Positions 1 to 14,959 of a DNA stretch of 64,000 nt are shown here, piece after piece; position 1 is the first letter of the stretch, and each line of letters starts with the position of its first letter. The position numbers and the translations under genes are program-made. The stretch spans positions 1,302,001 to 1,366,000 of the forward strand of contig OX597836.1 of the NCBI GenBank assembly GCA_951406725.2. Direction: 5' to 3'. The notes below the pieces were generated by a model that saw only the letters and a program-made list of their open reading frames with translations, did not search any database and was not told where the DNA came from. This DNA comes from Octopus vulgaris (Eukaryota).

Positions 1-30
1 AGTGGAGAGAGAGAGAGTGGAGAAAGAGAG

Positions 31-71
<41 letters not shown>

Positions 72-99
72 AGATAGTATTTTCATGTTTTATTCTTCC

Positions 100-560
100 T
101 CTACATAGAAATGTCCAAGTTTCTCAAATACTTACTTCCACTCTTTCCTTAATGGTTTGCAATTTTAATTATTTCCAAATTAGCCGAGCTTTTTCTGCTC
201 CTGTGAGTGCCAAGACTTCAGTATTTCCATGGAAGCTGTCCATTCTACGGACAAATTCCTCAATCATTACAGTGATAAATCTAAACTCCAGATGGCGTTC
301 TTTCTGATTGCTTATTATTTCAACAGAAATGTTTTCTCTTAACTTTACCATTATCGTTGTGTCTGCTCGGCAACTGATTTCCACTCTTCTGCACACGCTC
401 TTTGCTTTGTCCTCATCATTATATCTGGTCTGTTGCGTTGATATTTTACGGAGATTTTGACTGCAATACGAATATTCTTCCAATATTCCTTCATATTTCT
501 GCTGTGTTTGCTCTCAATATTACTGTAATCTCTTATGCTTTGTTCTCATAGACTAACAAT
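100..560 (-). mobile_element. Possible decayed LINE ORF1-like fragment
   Basis: Non-repetitive 104-aa open frame (169-483, minus) with charged, protein-like composition; no diagnostic motif recognised. Confidence 0.25.
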
Positions 561-1049
561 TCCGCAAAGTGTATTTAATGATATTTTAGTCTAACATCAG
601 GTCTCATTAGTAGAGGGTAACGTGATGACATTTTCGCAGATCTGCTTATGTCGTTGGCCTTACCTTTGGTCTTCACTCTCTCAAGTCTCCATCGGTTGTC
701 ACATCTAAATGTTTTACTTGTTTTCCCTAAGTGTTTTGTATATCAAGTATACAGTTATTTCGTGTTCGTGTTTTCCCCAAAGCCTATCCATCAAAACGGG
801 AGTACATAAAACGGACGGTTGTTGGTCCATGAGGAACTATTCTGGTTAATTATGTTACTGGGATTGTGGAGATTTCTGACAGCAACCATTTTATAAGCAA
901 AACCTATTTCAGTATTTTGTTGCAAAAGAGCTGTGCAAGTTCCCAGGCTGTGTATTATATTTCATTCGTCAGAACCTAATATCAAGGAGCTTCTTTGAAG
1001 TTCACATGATTCTATTTCCACACATAGAGGGCTTTGAAGTTCGATTAAT

Positions 1050-1206
1050 TATCAAAAATTTTGAGGGGAGGGTGTTTGTCGATACCATCAACCCTAATGC
1101 TTGACTACTACGCCATTTTATCAAAGATTAAGGGTGATGTTGGCTCCAGACGAAACTGAACTCAGAAAATAATGAGTCGGAACGAACAACGAAAGATATT
1201 TTGTCT
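1050..1206 (-). mobile_element. SINE family A, degenerate copy
   Basis: Reverse complement resembles the family A core (TTCTGAGTTCA B-box region; GATAAAAT...GGGTTGATGGTATCGAC). Confidence 0.55.
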
Positions 1207-1897
1207 TTTTTATATAAGCCATCAGTGTTGTAGTTTCGCAGATGGGAAATAATCTCAAGAGTCTCCTTTGAGCCTCTCAGAATGTTTTTGTCCCTCATAC
1301 ATATAACAGAACTACATACACGGGTGTAGACGGACGCATATTGTCAAGTAAGTTCTGTCGAAATGACACAACATTGAAGGCCTGTTTGAAACGATGTTAA
1401 GCTCATGCCTTCATGTTTTCCGTGTTAATGGAGAGGCTCAATAGCACAAAATTTCTCGGGAATTTTGCAGATTTCACAACAATAGTTACAGATTTCCAGT
1501 CAAATAGACAAATGCAGCGATAAGAACTAGTACGACAGACACATTATGGGCCACAGATATATTCTGTATTGGAATCACTGAGAAGTATTTATTTTCAGTA
1601 AACCACTTACTACAGAGAGACCTTTTGAGCACCCTGTATATACGAGGTGGTTGTCTCTTGCTGCCTCCCAACAGATTTGTACAATTGCAACCGGATTAGA
1701 TCGTTTGTATGACTTTAAACAGCATTCGGTTGTAGGGTCCTTGCTTAAGGAGTTCAGGCGTTTACAGGAGGGAGGAGACACTTCTTAGCCTCTATCGTTC
1801 TCAGTCCTAATTTGAACCGGAGTAGTAACACCTGCCAGGGTCTCGGCAAAAGCTCAATTAATAGAACCTGCCGGACGGGAGGTACACTTAAGTGTTG

Positions 1898-1898
<1 letters not shown>

Positions 1899-1928
<30 letters not shown>

Positions 1929-1934
1929 CATACA

Positions 1935-1967
<33 letters not shown>

Positions 1968-2015
1968 GCTTAATATTCTAAGTACGTGTATGCAAATATG
2001 CAGAAATATAGGTAC

Positions 2016-2063
<48 letters not shown>

Positions 2064-2157
2064 ATATATATACAGATATTTCTATCTTAATTTTCCTTTA
2101 TTTTTATACACACATATGATTATGTGTGTACAGGCCCACCGCACACATGTATGTCCT

Positions 2158-2243
<86 letters not shown>

Positions 2244-2486
2244 TGTGTGTGTGTCTGTGTGTGTGTGTTTGTGTGCGTGTCTGTGTGTGTCTGTGTATGT
2301 ATGTATATGCATACACATACAGACACACACACACTTTGCTTACAAATTTCTGCATATGCGGAGATTAATGCTTATTAACTTCCATGTCTGGTCTGTGTAG
2401 TTGAGTGTATGTTTATGTATGCATGCATAATTGAGTGTTTGTGTATATATATATATATATATATATACGCATACATATATATATGT

Positions 2487-2527
<41 letters not shown>

Positions 2528-3209
2528 TAAATATATATATACATATAAATGCATATATAGATATATATACATATCTACAAACATACATATGCAAGTATAC
2601 ACGCATATACATACACACACATATATACACGCACACATGCATAAGTACATATACATGCACACATATACACACACATGCACATGTATGCATATACACATAC
2701 ACACACACGCAAATGCTGCTATGGACTCGGCGCAGGTATTTCGTTGCATTCAAGGAAAACATTGCCAATTGAGTTTCTAAACAACGTTATAAACAACGGA
2801 AGACCGTTCTATGAACGCGTGTATAGCTGACATGTCATTGTATATGCTTTATATATACACAAATTACAGAGAAGATAAAACATTTATAAACAATTGCTGC
2901 AATTGAATATGGCGGACAATTCGTTAAGTCGTGTATGGGGAAAAGAGTGAACTGTGGACTAGATTATATAGGCAGCTCCCTTTCATTGCATACACATATA
3001 CACACGCAAATACACATACGCACACACACAGACACACACAGAGTTACGCACTCGTATAAGTATACACACGCATATTACATTTATCGAACAAATAAGCCAT
3101 GAATTTATCTACGTGTGCCTGTCTAAATCTACCAATATATGTGTGTAGGGAGAAACGTACATATATGCATAAATACATATACACACATATATATATATAC
3201 ATATATATA

Positions 3210-3259
<50 letters not shown>

Positions 3260-3950
3260 CATACATTATATATATATATATATATATATACATACATGAA
3301 AACACGTGTATGTGTATATGTGTATATGTTTATGTGTGTATCTGTCTGTCTGTCTGTATGTGTATATGGATTAGATGTATGTGTATATAAGCGTTTATGC
3401 CATCAGATAACGAGATTTCTATCTGTCTTCCCTATTATTCTGAGTTGCTTTGGTTCTCTGTGTATTTTGTTAGAAATCTCTGCCTCGTTTTCTCTCGATA
3501 TTCTCGAACACACATGTGTAGATCTCAGAAATATATATGCATAGATATTTTCAGATATATATGTGTGTATGTGTGTGTGTGAGTGTGTGTGAGTGTGTGT
3601 GTGTGCGTGTCTGTGTGCGCGTGTAAGTGTATGTTCGCGTGTCTGTGTGTATGTATATGTGTGTGTGAGTGTGTGTGTGTCTGTGCGTGTCTGTGTGCGC
3701 GTGTAAGTGTGTGTTCGCGTGTCTGTGTGTATGTATATGTGTGTGTGAGTGTGTGTGTGAGTGTCTGTGCGTGTCTGTGTGCGCGTGTAAGTGTGTGTTC
3801 ACGTGTCTGTGTGTATGTATATGAGTGTGTGTGTGTTTGTGTATGTGTCCGTTTCTGTGTTTGTGTTTGTATATATGTATATACGTATATTTGTGTATTT
3901 GTATGTATGTTTGGACACACATGAACACACACACGCACTCACACACTCAC
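1899..3950. repeat. Compound microsatellite field: (TACA)n, (TA)n, (TG)n, plus three ~80-bp higher-order TG units (3603-3810)
   Basis: Direct inspection; unit GTGCGTGTCTGTGTGCGCGTGTAAGTGT... recurs at ~3603, 3683 and 3767. Confidence 0.95.
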
Positions 3951-4261
3951 TTACATAAATATTGGGATTAAGTACTTTTTCAAACATCACATTAAACCTT
4001 CAGATGTAAACAAACGAACGATCATCGTTGCCAATCTTCACATGTATACAGCATCAGACATAGGTTCAGTCGCTTCAATGTGCAGTCAATAAACAAGCAG
4101 GAAACTAATCTAAGTCTGCATGAAAGCATTTAGGGGTCATTGAAGTTGAGGTTCTTTTTTGTTTTTTTCTGAAATGGTAGCTGTTTGTGTAAGGGAAAGT
4201 AACAAGAGGAACTTTCGGATAGCAAAGCACACGAAAAGTCTTTCTATTTGTGACGAAATAA

Positions 4262-4630
4262 TTATGTACCAATTGCATTCGCCACGTCATTTATGATATA
4301 CAGTTACTTCTCAGCCTCAACCCCCACCCTGAAGAATATCGTATAGATATTATTGACAGCGAATATTTATATGAAAGATTAAAAATATGGGGAAAGGTCG
4401 ACATGCCAGATGGCTGGCATGAGAGAATGGAAGTAGTATTGTCGAAAGATGAGGAGGAGAAACTTGAAAAGGAACTTAAGGATGTGTACATGTTGATAAG
4501 AGGAACATTGGCGCAGGAAAAGAAGGATGAACTAGAAGAAATATACGAGGTTAAATTTGGGGACTTTGTGATAAGCCTTCCTTTGAAATATAAAACTTTG
4601 ATTTCTTTCGATTTCAGTGTCTTAATTTAG
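4262..4630 (+). other. Stop-free ~122-codon frame with protein-like composition, unassigned
   Basis: The ORF at 4403 extends upstream in frame to 4262: LCTNCIRHVIYDIQLLLSLNPHPEEYRIDIIDSEYLYERLKIWGKVDMPDGWHERMEVV... Confidence 0.3.
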
Positions 4631-5456
4631 GGGTTTTCTCACTAAAAGATACAAAGGCCTGCAAACATAACAGAAGTAAGGGTCTGTGTTAGTTTTATCA
4701 AGCTGTTTATTTCGGTCGTGTAATTTGCTGCTTTTTTTTACATTGCCTCACAGTAACGGTTATTTTGTCTTTTATAAGGTTTTACTAAGAAAGTCCCAGA
4801 CGAAGTCTAAGTGGCTTGGATGTAAGTTAAAGAAAAGTAATTGTTTTCTTTATTATATCTATGAATTTTTACGATCGAAGGTCATTTGAGTAACCGAGGT
4901 CTGTGGCCGAAAAATTGCGAGTGAGGAATTTCGCCGTGTACGAAAATTCTTCTTTAGACAAAACGTATTATATCATCATTTAAAGACAAAAAAGAAAAAG
5001 AAATGGGAATGATAAACGGGTTCATAAAAGTATTAAATAGGCAAGTCTTTATTTAACATCAAATATTAAGAAAAAAACTGATGAGGTCATTTAATAAAAA
5101 TGGAATTTCTTATGTCGAAGTTTCGAATTACTTCTGTGGTTGACTTTGAAAATTGGCGCAAACTGAATGTGAAAGGTAGATGGGGACCTGGATACGGCGC
5201 CAGTCTATCGAAGTTATCATTCTAACAATCTCAACACGAAGACTATTAAAACAATTAATGAAGAGGTGTTGAATAAAGTGTTTCAAAACACGTCCCTTGC
5301 CAGAAACCCCGACGTAAACGAGTGGAGATTGATTGAACACTTGACAGATTTGTGAAGACGTTAGCTTTTGCACCGTTCCACTTGTTTATACAACATCAAA
5401 CTATTAGCGAAGACATGCTGCATGCAAACACGTTTTTCATTTCGAGAGGCAGTTGT

Positions 5457-5630
5457 ACACACACACACACACAGACTTACACACACACACACAGACTTAC
5501 ACACACACACACACACACAGAGACTTACACACACACACACACACACAGACTTACACACACACACACACACACACAGACACACACACACACACACACACAG
5601 ACTTACACACACACACACACACACACAGAC

Positions 5631-5660
<30 letters not shown>
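5457..5660. repeat. Higher-order microsatellite: (CA)n interrupted by GACTT
   Basis: Repeated ACACACAGACTTACAC units. Confidence 0.95.
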
Positions 5661-5664
<4 letters not shown>

Positions 5665-5848
5665 CCAGACACAGAGTCTCGCTGAAATATATAACGAAAA
5701 CAAGGCATGTTTTGTTGTTGATTTCGTTGTATTTCATTTACATTTATTGTAAAGAGTATACGCACAGTGTGTATATATATTTATATTGTTAGAGTAAACA
5801 TTACAGCAAAAATAAGAGTAATAAAACAATGATAAGCTGTGGAGATGA

Positions 5849-5881
<33 letters not shown>

Positions 5882-5969
5882 GTGTCTGTGTGTCTGTCTG
5901 TCTGTCTGTCTGTCTGTGTGTCTGCCATTCTTTCTCACTCTCTCTTTATTCTCTCCTTTGCGTGTGTTG

Positions 5970-6200
5970 TGTGTGCGCGTGCAATTTCGGAATTGTGTAT
6001 AAACAACGCCATTGATTTGACGATTGTAATCTTTAACACAGAACAAGGCTCAACCTGCCTCAGACGCGCGCAGACGACAAAGCGTCGCGCATGCGCTCGT
6101 ACACTGCTCGAGCAGTGCCGACTGGCGGAGTTATGCCGAGTATTTGTCATTTTTGTTTTGGACAGATCCGGCTTTCACCCGATCACTTCGTGGGGATCCC
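5970..6200. promoter_or_regulatory. CpG-rich unique island with NRF1-like GCGCATGCGC motif; candidate promoter or enhancer
   Basis: High CpG density relative to surroundings; GCGCATGCGC at ~6087-6096. Confidence 0.3.
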
Positions 6201-6539
6201 TTCTCCACCTTTGTCTGACAAGGGCAGGCAGTTTTCCAGTCTGGTGGCTTTGGCAAAAGAGGTTGTCCGGTAGGGGAGACTGTAAGGGCTGAAGGTTGTC
6301 ACTGAACTCTTTGTCCAGGCACGCAGCGACTTTTTCAAATTCTGTTTGCAAAAGGAAAGCGTGTGTTGAGTGGGAGGTGCTGGAAAGTTCCTAAGAAGTA
6401 GGAAAATGTCCTGAGGCTGCCTGGGGTGAAAGGCCCACTCTAAATGGACGCCCGGAAGGATGGAGAAAGTGAATGGAAGAGGGGTGTCTTTGATTGGTGC
6501 ACTTAGTGGTTCAGTTGAAACCGGAACTGTGGGATGCAG

Positions 6540-6700
6540 AATTCCATCGGTCTTTACGTTCTGAGATCAAATCCTGCCGGGGTCGACTTTGCTTCTCATA
6601 TTTTCGGGGCTTGATAAAACAAGTACCAGTTGAGCACTGAGGTCAAAGGAGTCAGTACACCTTTCCATTGAAATTGCTGACTTTCCGCCTATAAATATCT
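6540..6700 (+). mobile_element. SINE family A, 5'-truncated
   Basis: GTTCTGAGATCAAATCCTGCCGGGGTCGACTTTGCTTCTCAT...AAGTACCAGTTGAGCACTG matches the family core. Confidence 0.75.
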
Positions 6701-6954
6701 CCAAGCCATCATCAATAATATTCGAGTTGACATATTAGAGAAAGCAACAAAGAAGAAAGCAGAGTCGTTTCTGCGCCGAAAAATAGTTTTCCAGCATTTT
6801 TGGGGATTTTTATATTTTGGATTTAAATGCCAGTGGAACGATCTTGTCTTTAAACCATTCAAGATCGATAAAATGAGTAACAGTTAAACACTGGGGTCAA
6901 TATAATCGACTCATCCCCTCCTCCGAAATTGCTACCTTTGTGGCAAAATTCGAG

Positions 6955-6985
<31 letters not shown>

Positions 6986-7049
6986 CTTCTTCTTCTTCTT
7001 CTTCTTCTTCTCCTCTCCTTCTTCTTCTTCGTCTTCTCATTATTACATA

Positions 7050-7935
7050 AGGCTGTGAGCCGGGAGAATCATGAGCACGCCGAGGAAAATGCTTAGCGGC
7101 ATTTCGTCCGTCTTTATGTTCCGAGTTCAAATTCCGCCGTGGTTGACTTTGCCTTTCCTCCTTTCGGGGTCGTTAAATTAAGTACCAGTTACGCACTGGC
7201 GTCGATGTAATTGACTTATCCCTAACACTAAAATTGTTGGCCTCGTATCAAAACTTGAAAGCATCATTATTAATAATAATAATAATAATAGCGGTGAACG
7301 GGCGAAGGCGACGAGCTGGCGGAATCGTCAACAGGTTGGGCAAACTGCTCAGCGACATTTCGGCCACCTTTACGTGTCATCGTTTCATCCCTTTCGGGGT
7401 CGATAAATTAAGTATTAGTGAAACATTGCATTCGATATAATCGATTTAACTCCTCCCCCAAAATCTCAGGCCTTGTGCCTATATTAGAAAGGATTACTAA
7501 TTAATAATGGCGGCGAGCTGGCAGAATCGTTAGCACGCCGGGCGAAATGCTTAGCGATATTTCGTATGCCGCTACGTTCTGAGTTCAAATTCTGCGGAGG
7601 TCGACTTTGCCTTTCATTCTTTCGGGGTCGATAAATTAAGTACCAGCTACGCACTGGGGTCGATGTAATCGACTTAATCCGTTTGTGTATCCTTGTTTGT
7701 CCCCTCTATGTTTAGCCCCTTGTGGGCAATAAAGAAATAAGAAACGTTAGTTAGCACGCCGGAGAAAATGCTTAGCATCTTAACGTTCAGATTTCAAATT
7801 CTGTCGAGGCCGAGTTTACCTTTCAGCCTTTCGGAGATCAATAATATAAGTACTAGGTGAATATTGGGGTTGATCTAAGCGACCTACACCCGCCCCTAAC
7901 TTGCCAGGCGTTGTGCCTACAGGAGAAAGCGTTAT
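7050..7935 (+). mobile_element. Cluster of four co-oriented tRNA-headed SINE family A copies (~7050-7260, 7307-7500, 7509-7740, 7742-7935)
   Basis: A-box-like TGGCAGAATCG, B-box GAGTTCAAATTC, central GGTCGACTTTGCCTTTCATCCTTTCGGGGTCGATAAATTAAGTACCAG (resembles the Meta/Sauria-type SINE central domain, from memory); many copies in the window. Confidence 0.9.
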
Positions 7936-8365
7936 TACTCTTCACATTATTATCAATAGTAGCAGCAGCAGCAGCAGCATCAGCCTATCCAGCATTATCA
8001 TTCCTTCAATCGATTCCTGCGAGTTTCTCCGGAACCACGATTCAAACCGAAGAAGAATATTAGGAAGGCGTCAGACTAATATTGCAATCAATTCTAAAAA
8101 CATGGTAATTCCAATAAATACAATCGGCAAAGAACGACCAAACCTTAGGTGCAACGCACAAAGTCTTCCAAGTGAAGCGAATTGAAGAGTTGAGAAAGAG
8201 AAGAAACTAGGAAACTGCTACTAACAGCTTTTTTTCTCGGAATTATCACTCAATGACATTTGACCGCGAAGAGCAGACAGCTTTTCCTCTGTCTATTGTG
8301 TTGGGTGAATAAAGTTGTTTGATGGACTAATGACAGACACTATAAATAATGCGCTGCTCTCTCAC

Positions 8366-8434
<69 letters not shown>

Positions 8435-8509
8435 GCAGCAGCAGCAGCAGCAGCAACAATAACAACAACAACAACAACAACAATAATAATAATAATAAAA
8501 ATAATAATA
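8366..8509. repeat. Compound trinucleotide run (GAC)n(AAC)n(AGC)n(AAT)n
   Basis: Direct inspection. Confidence 0.95.
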
Positions 8510-9238
8510 GTGTACGGTGCGTAAGGTTTTAGTCCCTGTAGTGTACAAATCAGGACATGACAGAGTTGGCCAATGTTTACGTTCGAAAATGCGGTGGCAT
8601 TACAAAATCAAAATTGCTGACAAATGGTACAAGCACCACCCTGAGGCTGTAAGTGCGGGGAGAAAATGTAACTATACTTTGGGACTTCCCAGTATGTACA
8701 GACCGGACAATCAAAGCAAATAAACCAGATATTGTTGTGAAAGATCAAAATAATATTGATTGACATGAGCATACCTTGTGATCATAATATCTCGGCAAAA
8801 GAAATTGATAAGCTCAGAAAATATAGAGATTTGCTGATTGAAATCGAAAAGATGCGGCATCTGAAGACGGTTACAATCCCAGTGATTTTATAAGAGCACT
8901 TGGAATGGTCAAAAAAGGAACTGAAAGCTATAAAGCTATTTAAGAATGATCCCTGGCTTACCATCCATGCAGGAAGTGCAAAAGATTGTCTTTACTGGTA
9001 ACAGGTCACACGTACCGGAAAGACCAATGTCGCTGTAAATTTTCTTTCCCCGCCATTTATTTTCTTTGTTTACTTTTTTTATTTGTTCATTTTTCTTTAT
9101 CACATTACATTGTAAATGAACAATTTGGTGTGTTTATTTTAATCACCTGCCAATGTATACAGTACGTTTCACTACCCTAGGTGTCAGGAAGACACTCGAC
9201 AAGAAATGGAAAAAGAATTGAAAGTAGATGCTAATGAA
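8510..9238 (+). mobile_element. 5'-truncated R4/Dong-like non-LTR retrotransposon: restriction-like endonuclease region plus 3' UTR, within (AAT)n
   Basis: Frameshifted translation: YKSGHDRVGQ...KWYKHHPEAV; WDF...DRTIKANKPDIVVKD; IDMSIPCDHNISAKEIDKLRKYRDLLIEIEKM...TIPVI. This matches the RLE RHD/PD/D/K-KY motifs. (AAT)n lies on both sides. Confidence 0.85.
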
Positions 9239-9290
<52 letters not shown>

Positions 9291-9755
9291 GGTGATGATG
9301 ATGATGATGATCACGACGACGACGACGACGATGACGACAACAATGATGAATATGATCTGGAAATTATAATAATTATTAAATCTGTCTGCCACACAACTTC
9401 CGGTTCGGTTCACAACTTCATTTGCTCTCTTTTTCTCACTAGCTAATACATTTATTCAACTTATTAAGTTGATATTTTTGAAGCTTAGACATTTCTCAGT
9501 TTCAAAGAATCACTTGGCGATCTTTGATTTTAGGTATATAATCTCTACGTAATCGATAACGAAGCCAAAAATCTGTCGACTACGCGAAACGAATGTCTAT
9601 AAGCTATTTATTAAAGGTCATTTCGGCAGATTCCTCTTTTTAACTTCGGAACGACCAAAAGTTTCGACGCTATTATTCTAGTTTTATGACAAAGGTGCAC
9701 ATTTCTTATTAAAGATGTATATATTGGAAGTAATTGCAAAAAGAAACCTTGTTGT

Positions 9756-9818
<63 letters not shown>

Positions 9819-10099
9819 TGTGTATCTCTCCCTCTCTTTCTCACATACACACACATACACGCATACATACATACACGCGTGTGCATTAAATATTTTGAAA
9901 TGTTGCAAGGTTTGTACATTGGATGCATTTTCTATAATGCAATACGCAGGCGGAAAACGGACTATACTTACCACAATTACAAAGAGATACGGTTTTTATG
10001 CAATCAGAAAACTATTATAAAATATTAAGTGTAATATAACAAAATTACCCAGTAAAGAACAATGGTAAACTAATAGCAATGGTTACAGGGCAATAAGGA

Positions 10100-10420
10100 T
10101 ATAAATGAAAAAGAAAAACAAAACAATTTTCTGATTTCAAAGATGCCGACAAATAAAAGATAAAACCTGAAATGACAGGGTGAAGGAAAAGAGAAACAAT
10201 AAAGGAATTTGGAAAGAAAAAAGAAACGAAAAGCAAACGATTCTCAAAATGAGCTTACGCATTTGCAAACTGAAACAATGATAAGAAAATCCCTTGAACA
10301 GAAAGTTCATTAAAAGAATTAGCTGGAAGCAAATACAAAATGAAAATCCCAACATTGGTTGAAACAAACGGAACTTACATGTGAGGCTGAGGAATTGTTT
10401 GTTGCGGTACAAAATATTCG
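10100..10420 (+). mobile_element. R4/Dong-like LINE internal fragment
   Basis: SQHWLKQTELTCEAEELFVAVQN resembles the WL..G.L..ETEG...A.QDQ motif upstream of the RLE zinc knuckle. Confidence 0.55.
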
Positions 10421-10832
10421 GAGGGAACCGAACGCCTGTAATGAAGCGAAATACGATTGGTAAATATAGAATATGTAAGAAGTGGGGAGAAACCAGCTTT
10501 CACTGGCTGCCCTGACTTCAATCCCTGTGACCCCGAACGGAAGGTGTTCTTGTACCCCCACCCAGACTCGCCCGTCGCCTCCACCACTTTCCACAGATAT
10601 TATGACCATCCCGCTCCAGCAATAATCACTATTACCAATCCTTCCTCCCCAGAGATTTATACGACGGGAATCCAAATGTCCTGGAGGTCGGTATTCTTTC
10701 TTCAGTTCACTTTCCTTTCAAGGGGTCAATCAATACATGGCAGAAGAGAAACCCAACCACTGAGTTGAAACCTCTTTACGTGGTCCACCACAATAAGTCT
10801 AAGAAACAGAGATGCAATTCCCATTTCTCATT

Positions 10833-10995
10833 GGCAGGCGAGGATGTGCATTAAGAAATATGCATGCCAGCCACATGGTTCCAGGTTCAGTTCCAGTTCG
10901 TGGAACTTTGGGCATGTGTCTTCTATTGTAGCATTGAGCCAACCAAAGCCTTGTCAGTGGATTTTGTTGATGGAGACTGAAAGAAGCTCGTCGTG

Positions 10996-11054
<59 letters not shown>

Positions 11055-11295
11055 TTGTGTGTATCTGTGTGTTCGTGCTTGTCTCCTACCATAGCTTGAC
11101 AGCCACAAACGGTGTTGATGTGTTTGTGTGCTCCGTAACCTAGCGGTTCAGTAAAACAGACCGACTGAATAAAAACCAGGAGAAAAAAATAAATAAAAAA
11201 ATAATAAGCACTGGTGTCAATTCGTTCAACAAAAAGTGTTCAAGGCGGTGCCCCAGCATGGCCACAGTCTAATGACAGGAATAAGTAAACAATAG
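10833..11295 (+). mobile_element. SINE family B (tRNA head, CORE-like segment, internal (TA)n(TG)n)
   Basis: GGTTCAGTTCC B-box; TTGGGCATGTGTCTT; GAAAGAAGC-(TA)n(TG)n; tail GGTGCCCCAGCATGGCCACAGTC. Same architecture at 51590. Confidence 0.85.
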
Positions 11296-11831
11296 AAGAG
11301 AAAGGCCAGGGATAACTTAGCAGTTAATCGTCAATGTGGCGCTGGCAGTGATCCCAGTGAAGTCCGATGCACAAGAAAGATTAACGATTTCGGTAAAAAG
11401 GTAAGCAGATTTGGAGAGAGAGAAGCTTAATTCTTGCGGTTGAATACAGTAGGAAAATGATCGACCCCGGAGGAATGAAAGAGAAAGTGACATAGGTGGT
11501 ATTTGAAATCCTATGAGATAGAGCCGGAATAATATCTGCAAGAAACAAAACTACCAGCTCACCGACTTTAGACGCAAATAATAAATTGAAAGCCATTGAA
11601 AGAAGTAATTCATATAAACGGCTGATCTTCTTGCGGGGTGGCTGTGCTTTATCGTCTGACGATTATGCAGTTGACTTGGTTATGAAACTTCAAGCCAAGC
11701 TGCTTTATTGCAGAAGAATTATACCAGAAAAAAATGTTCACACTAATGTTTCTATTAAACACTCACATATTGTCCGCGGAAACTCGTGGAACTCATACAG
11801 ATATATGAATGTGCGTACGTCTATATATTAC

Positions 11832-13470
<1,639 letters not shown>

Positions 13471-13917
13471 TGCATGTACGTCTCAATATTAATATACTGA
13501 AATATATTTTGTCTTTGTTGTTGAGCTTGTTGTTGTTGTTGTTGTTGTTGTTGTCGGTGGTTGTTTTTGCTGTTATTGAGATAGACGCTGTTATTAAGTT
13601 GATGGAGTTGGCGTGTTTTGGCGTTGGTGTTGTTGTTGTTGTTGTTGCTATTGTGATGTTGGAACAGCAGTCGTCTGCTCTCGTTGGTATTTCTCTCTCT
13701 CTCTCTGTTGTTCTAGTTGTTGTTGTTGCTGTCCTTCTTCTTGCTGTTGTTTCTTCTTCTTCTCTTTCTCTAATTCTTCCTTCTGATGTTTGCTGCTGCC
13801 GTTGCTGCTGCTGCTGCTCTCCCTTTCATTGTTTGTTGTTGTTGTTGTTGTCGTCGTGGTGGTGGTCGTGGTGGGACCGTTTTATTCCCAGGTTGCTGCT
13901 TCTGCAGTTCTTGAAGT

Positions 13918-14000
13918 TTTGTTATTGTTTAGATCTAGGTCAGACCGAATCGAGCAGATCTATGTTCACAAAAGCGTTCTATCCATGACCATTCCTTGTT
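13918..14000 (-). mobile_element. Old repeat family D, 3' tail
   Basis: Reverse complement matches the tails at 46940-47110 and 40870-41045 (GGTCA(C/T)GG(C/A)T(G/A)GAA...TGACC...AACAA). Confidence 0.55.
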
Positions 14001-14039
14001 TTATTTTATTTGTTACTCGTTTCTCTAATATTAGTTTCA

Positions 14040-14452
14040 AATTTTGACACGAGGCCAGCAATCTTGGGGCAGGGAATAAATCGATTACATCGACCCCCAG
14101 CGTCCAACTGGTGCATTTTTTTTTATCGACCTGGAAGTACGAAAGCCAAATTTGACATTGGCGAAATTTGAACTCAGAACGTAAAGACGGATGAAATGTC
14201 GGTAGGCATTTTGTCCGGCGTAATAACGATTTTTTCACTTCGCCGCCTTACAAATTTTGGTTTCAAAATTTGTCACTCGGTGGTAGTGAGTTAAGCCGAT
14301 CCCATCGACCCCAGTGTTTAACTGGTACTTATTTTATCGATCCCCAATGGTTGAAAAGCAAAGTCTTCCCCGCAAACATTTGAACCCAAAATACAAAATC
14401 CGAAAAATGCTGCGAAGTAATTTTTCCGGCGCAGAAACGATTCTACCAGCTT
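14040..14452 (-). mobile_element. Two SINE family A copies, minus strand
   Basis: TCGATTACATCGACCCC...CTGGT(G/A)C...TTTATCGA...TTTGAACTCAGAAC. Confidence 0.85.
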
Positions 14453-14521
14453 CCTTCCTTGTTGTTTCCTCTAATATAATTACTCGAATATTACCAATGA
14501 TGGCTTGCAGATATTTCTAGA

Positions 14522-14722
14522 GGCGGTGACATGGCAGAATCGTTAGCACGTCGGACAAAATGTTTAGTGGCATTTCGTCCGGCTTGATATTGTACGATCA
14601 AATGACTTTGCATTTCATCTTTTTACGATCGATAAAAATAAGTACCGGTTGGACACGGGGGCTAATGTAATCAACAACCCCCATCTTCTAAAATTCCAGG
14701 CCTTGTGTCTATAAGAGAAAAT
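14522..14722 (+). mobile_element. SINE family A
   Basis: GGCGGTGACATGGCAGAATCGTTAGCACG head and family core. Confidence 0.85.
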
Positions 14723-14959
14723 ATATTTTGAAAGTGATTCGGCAGCTATTTCTAACGGTTCTACAACCGGCTTGTTCTGCTTATGCTAATGATCTTCTGT
14801 CACTCTTGATTTCGCTATTCTGAGCATCCCTCGGGTATTACTGGTATTGGTGCTGATCTACTTTTGCAGCAGTAATCACTCACTCCTGATTGAACTCATC
14901 TTCGATGAAAGACCGTCCACTCATGACCATATCATTGTATTCTATATTTAGATTATAGT

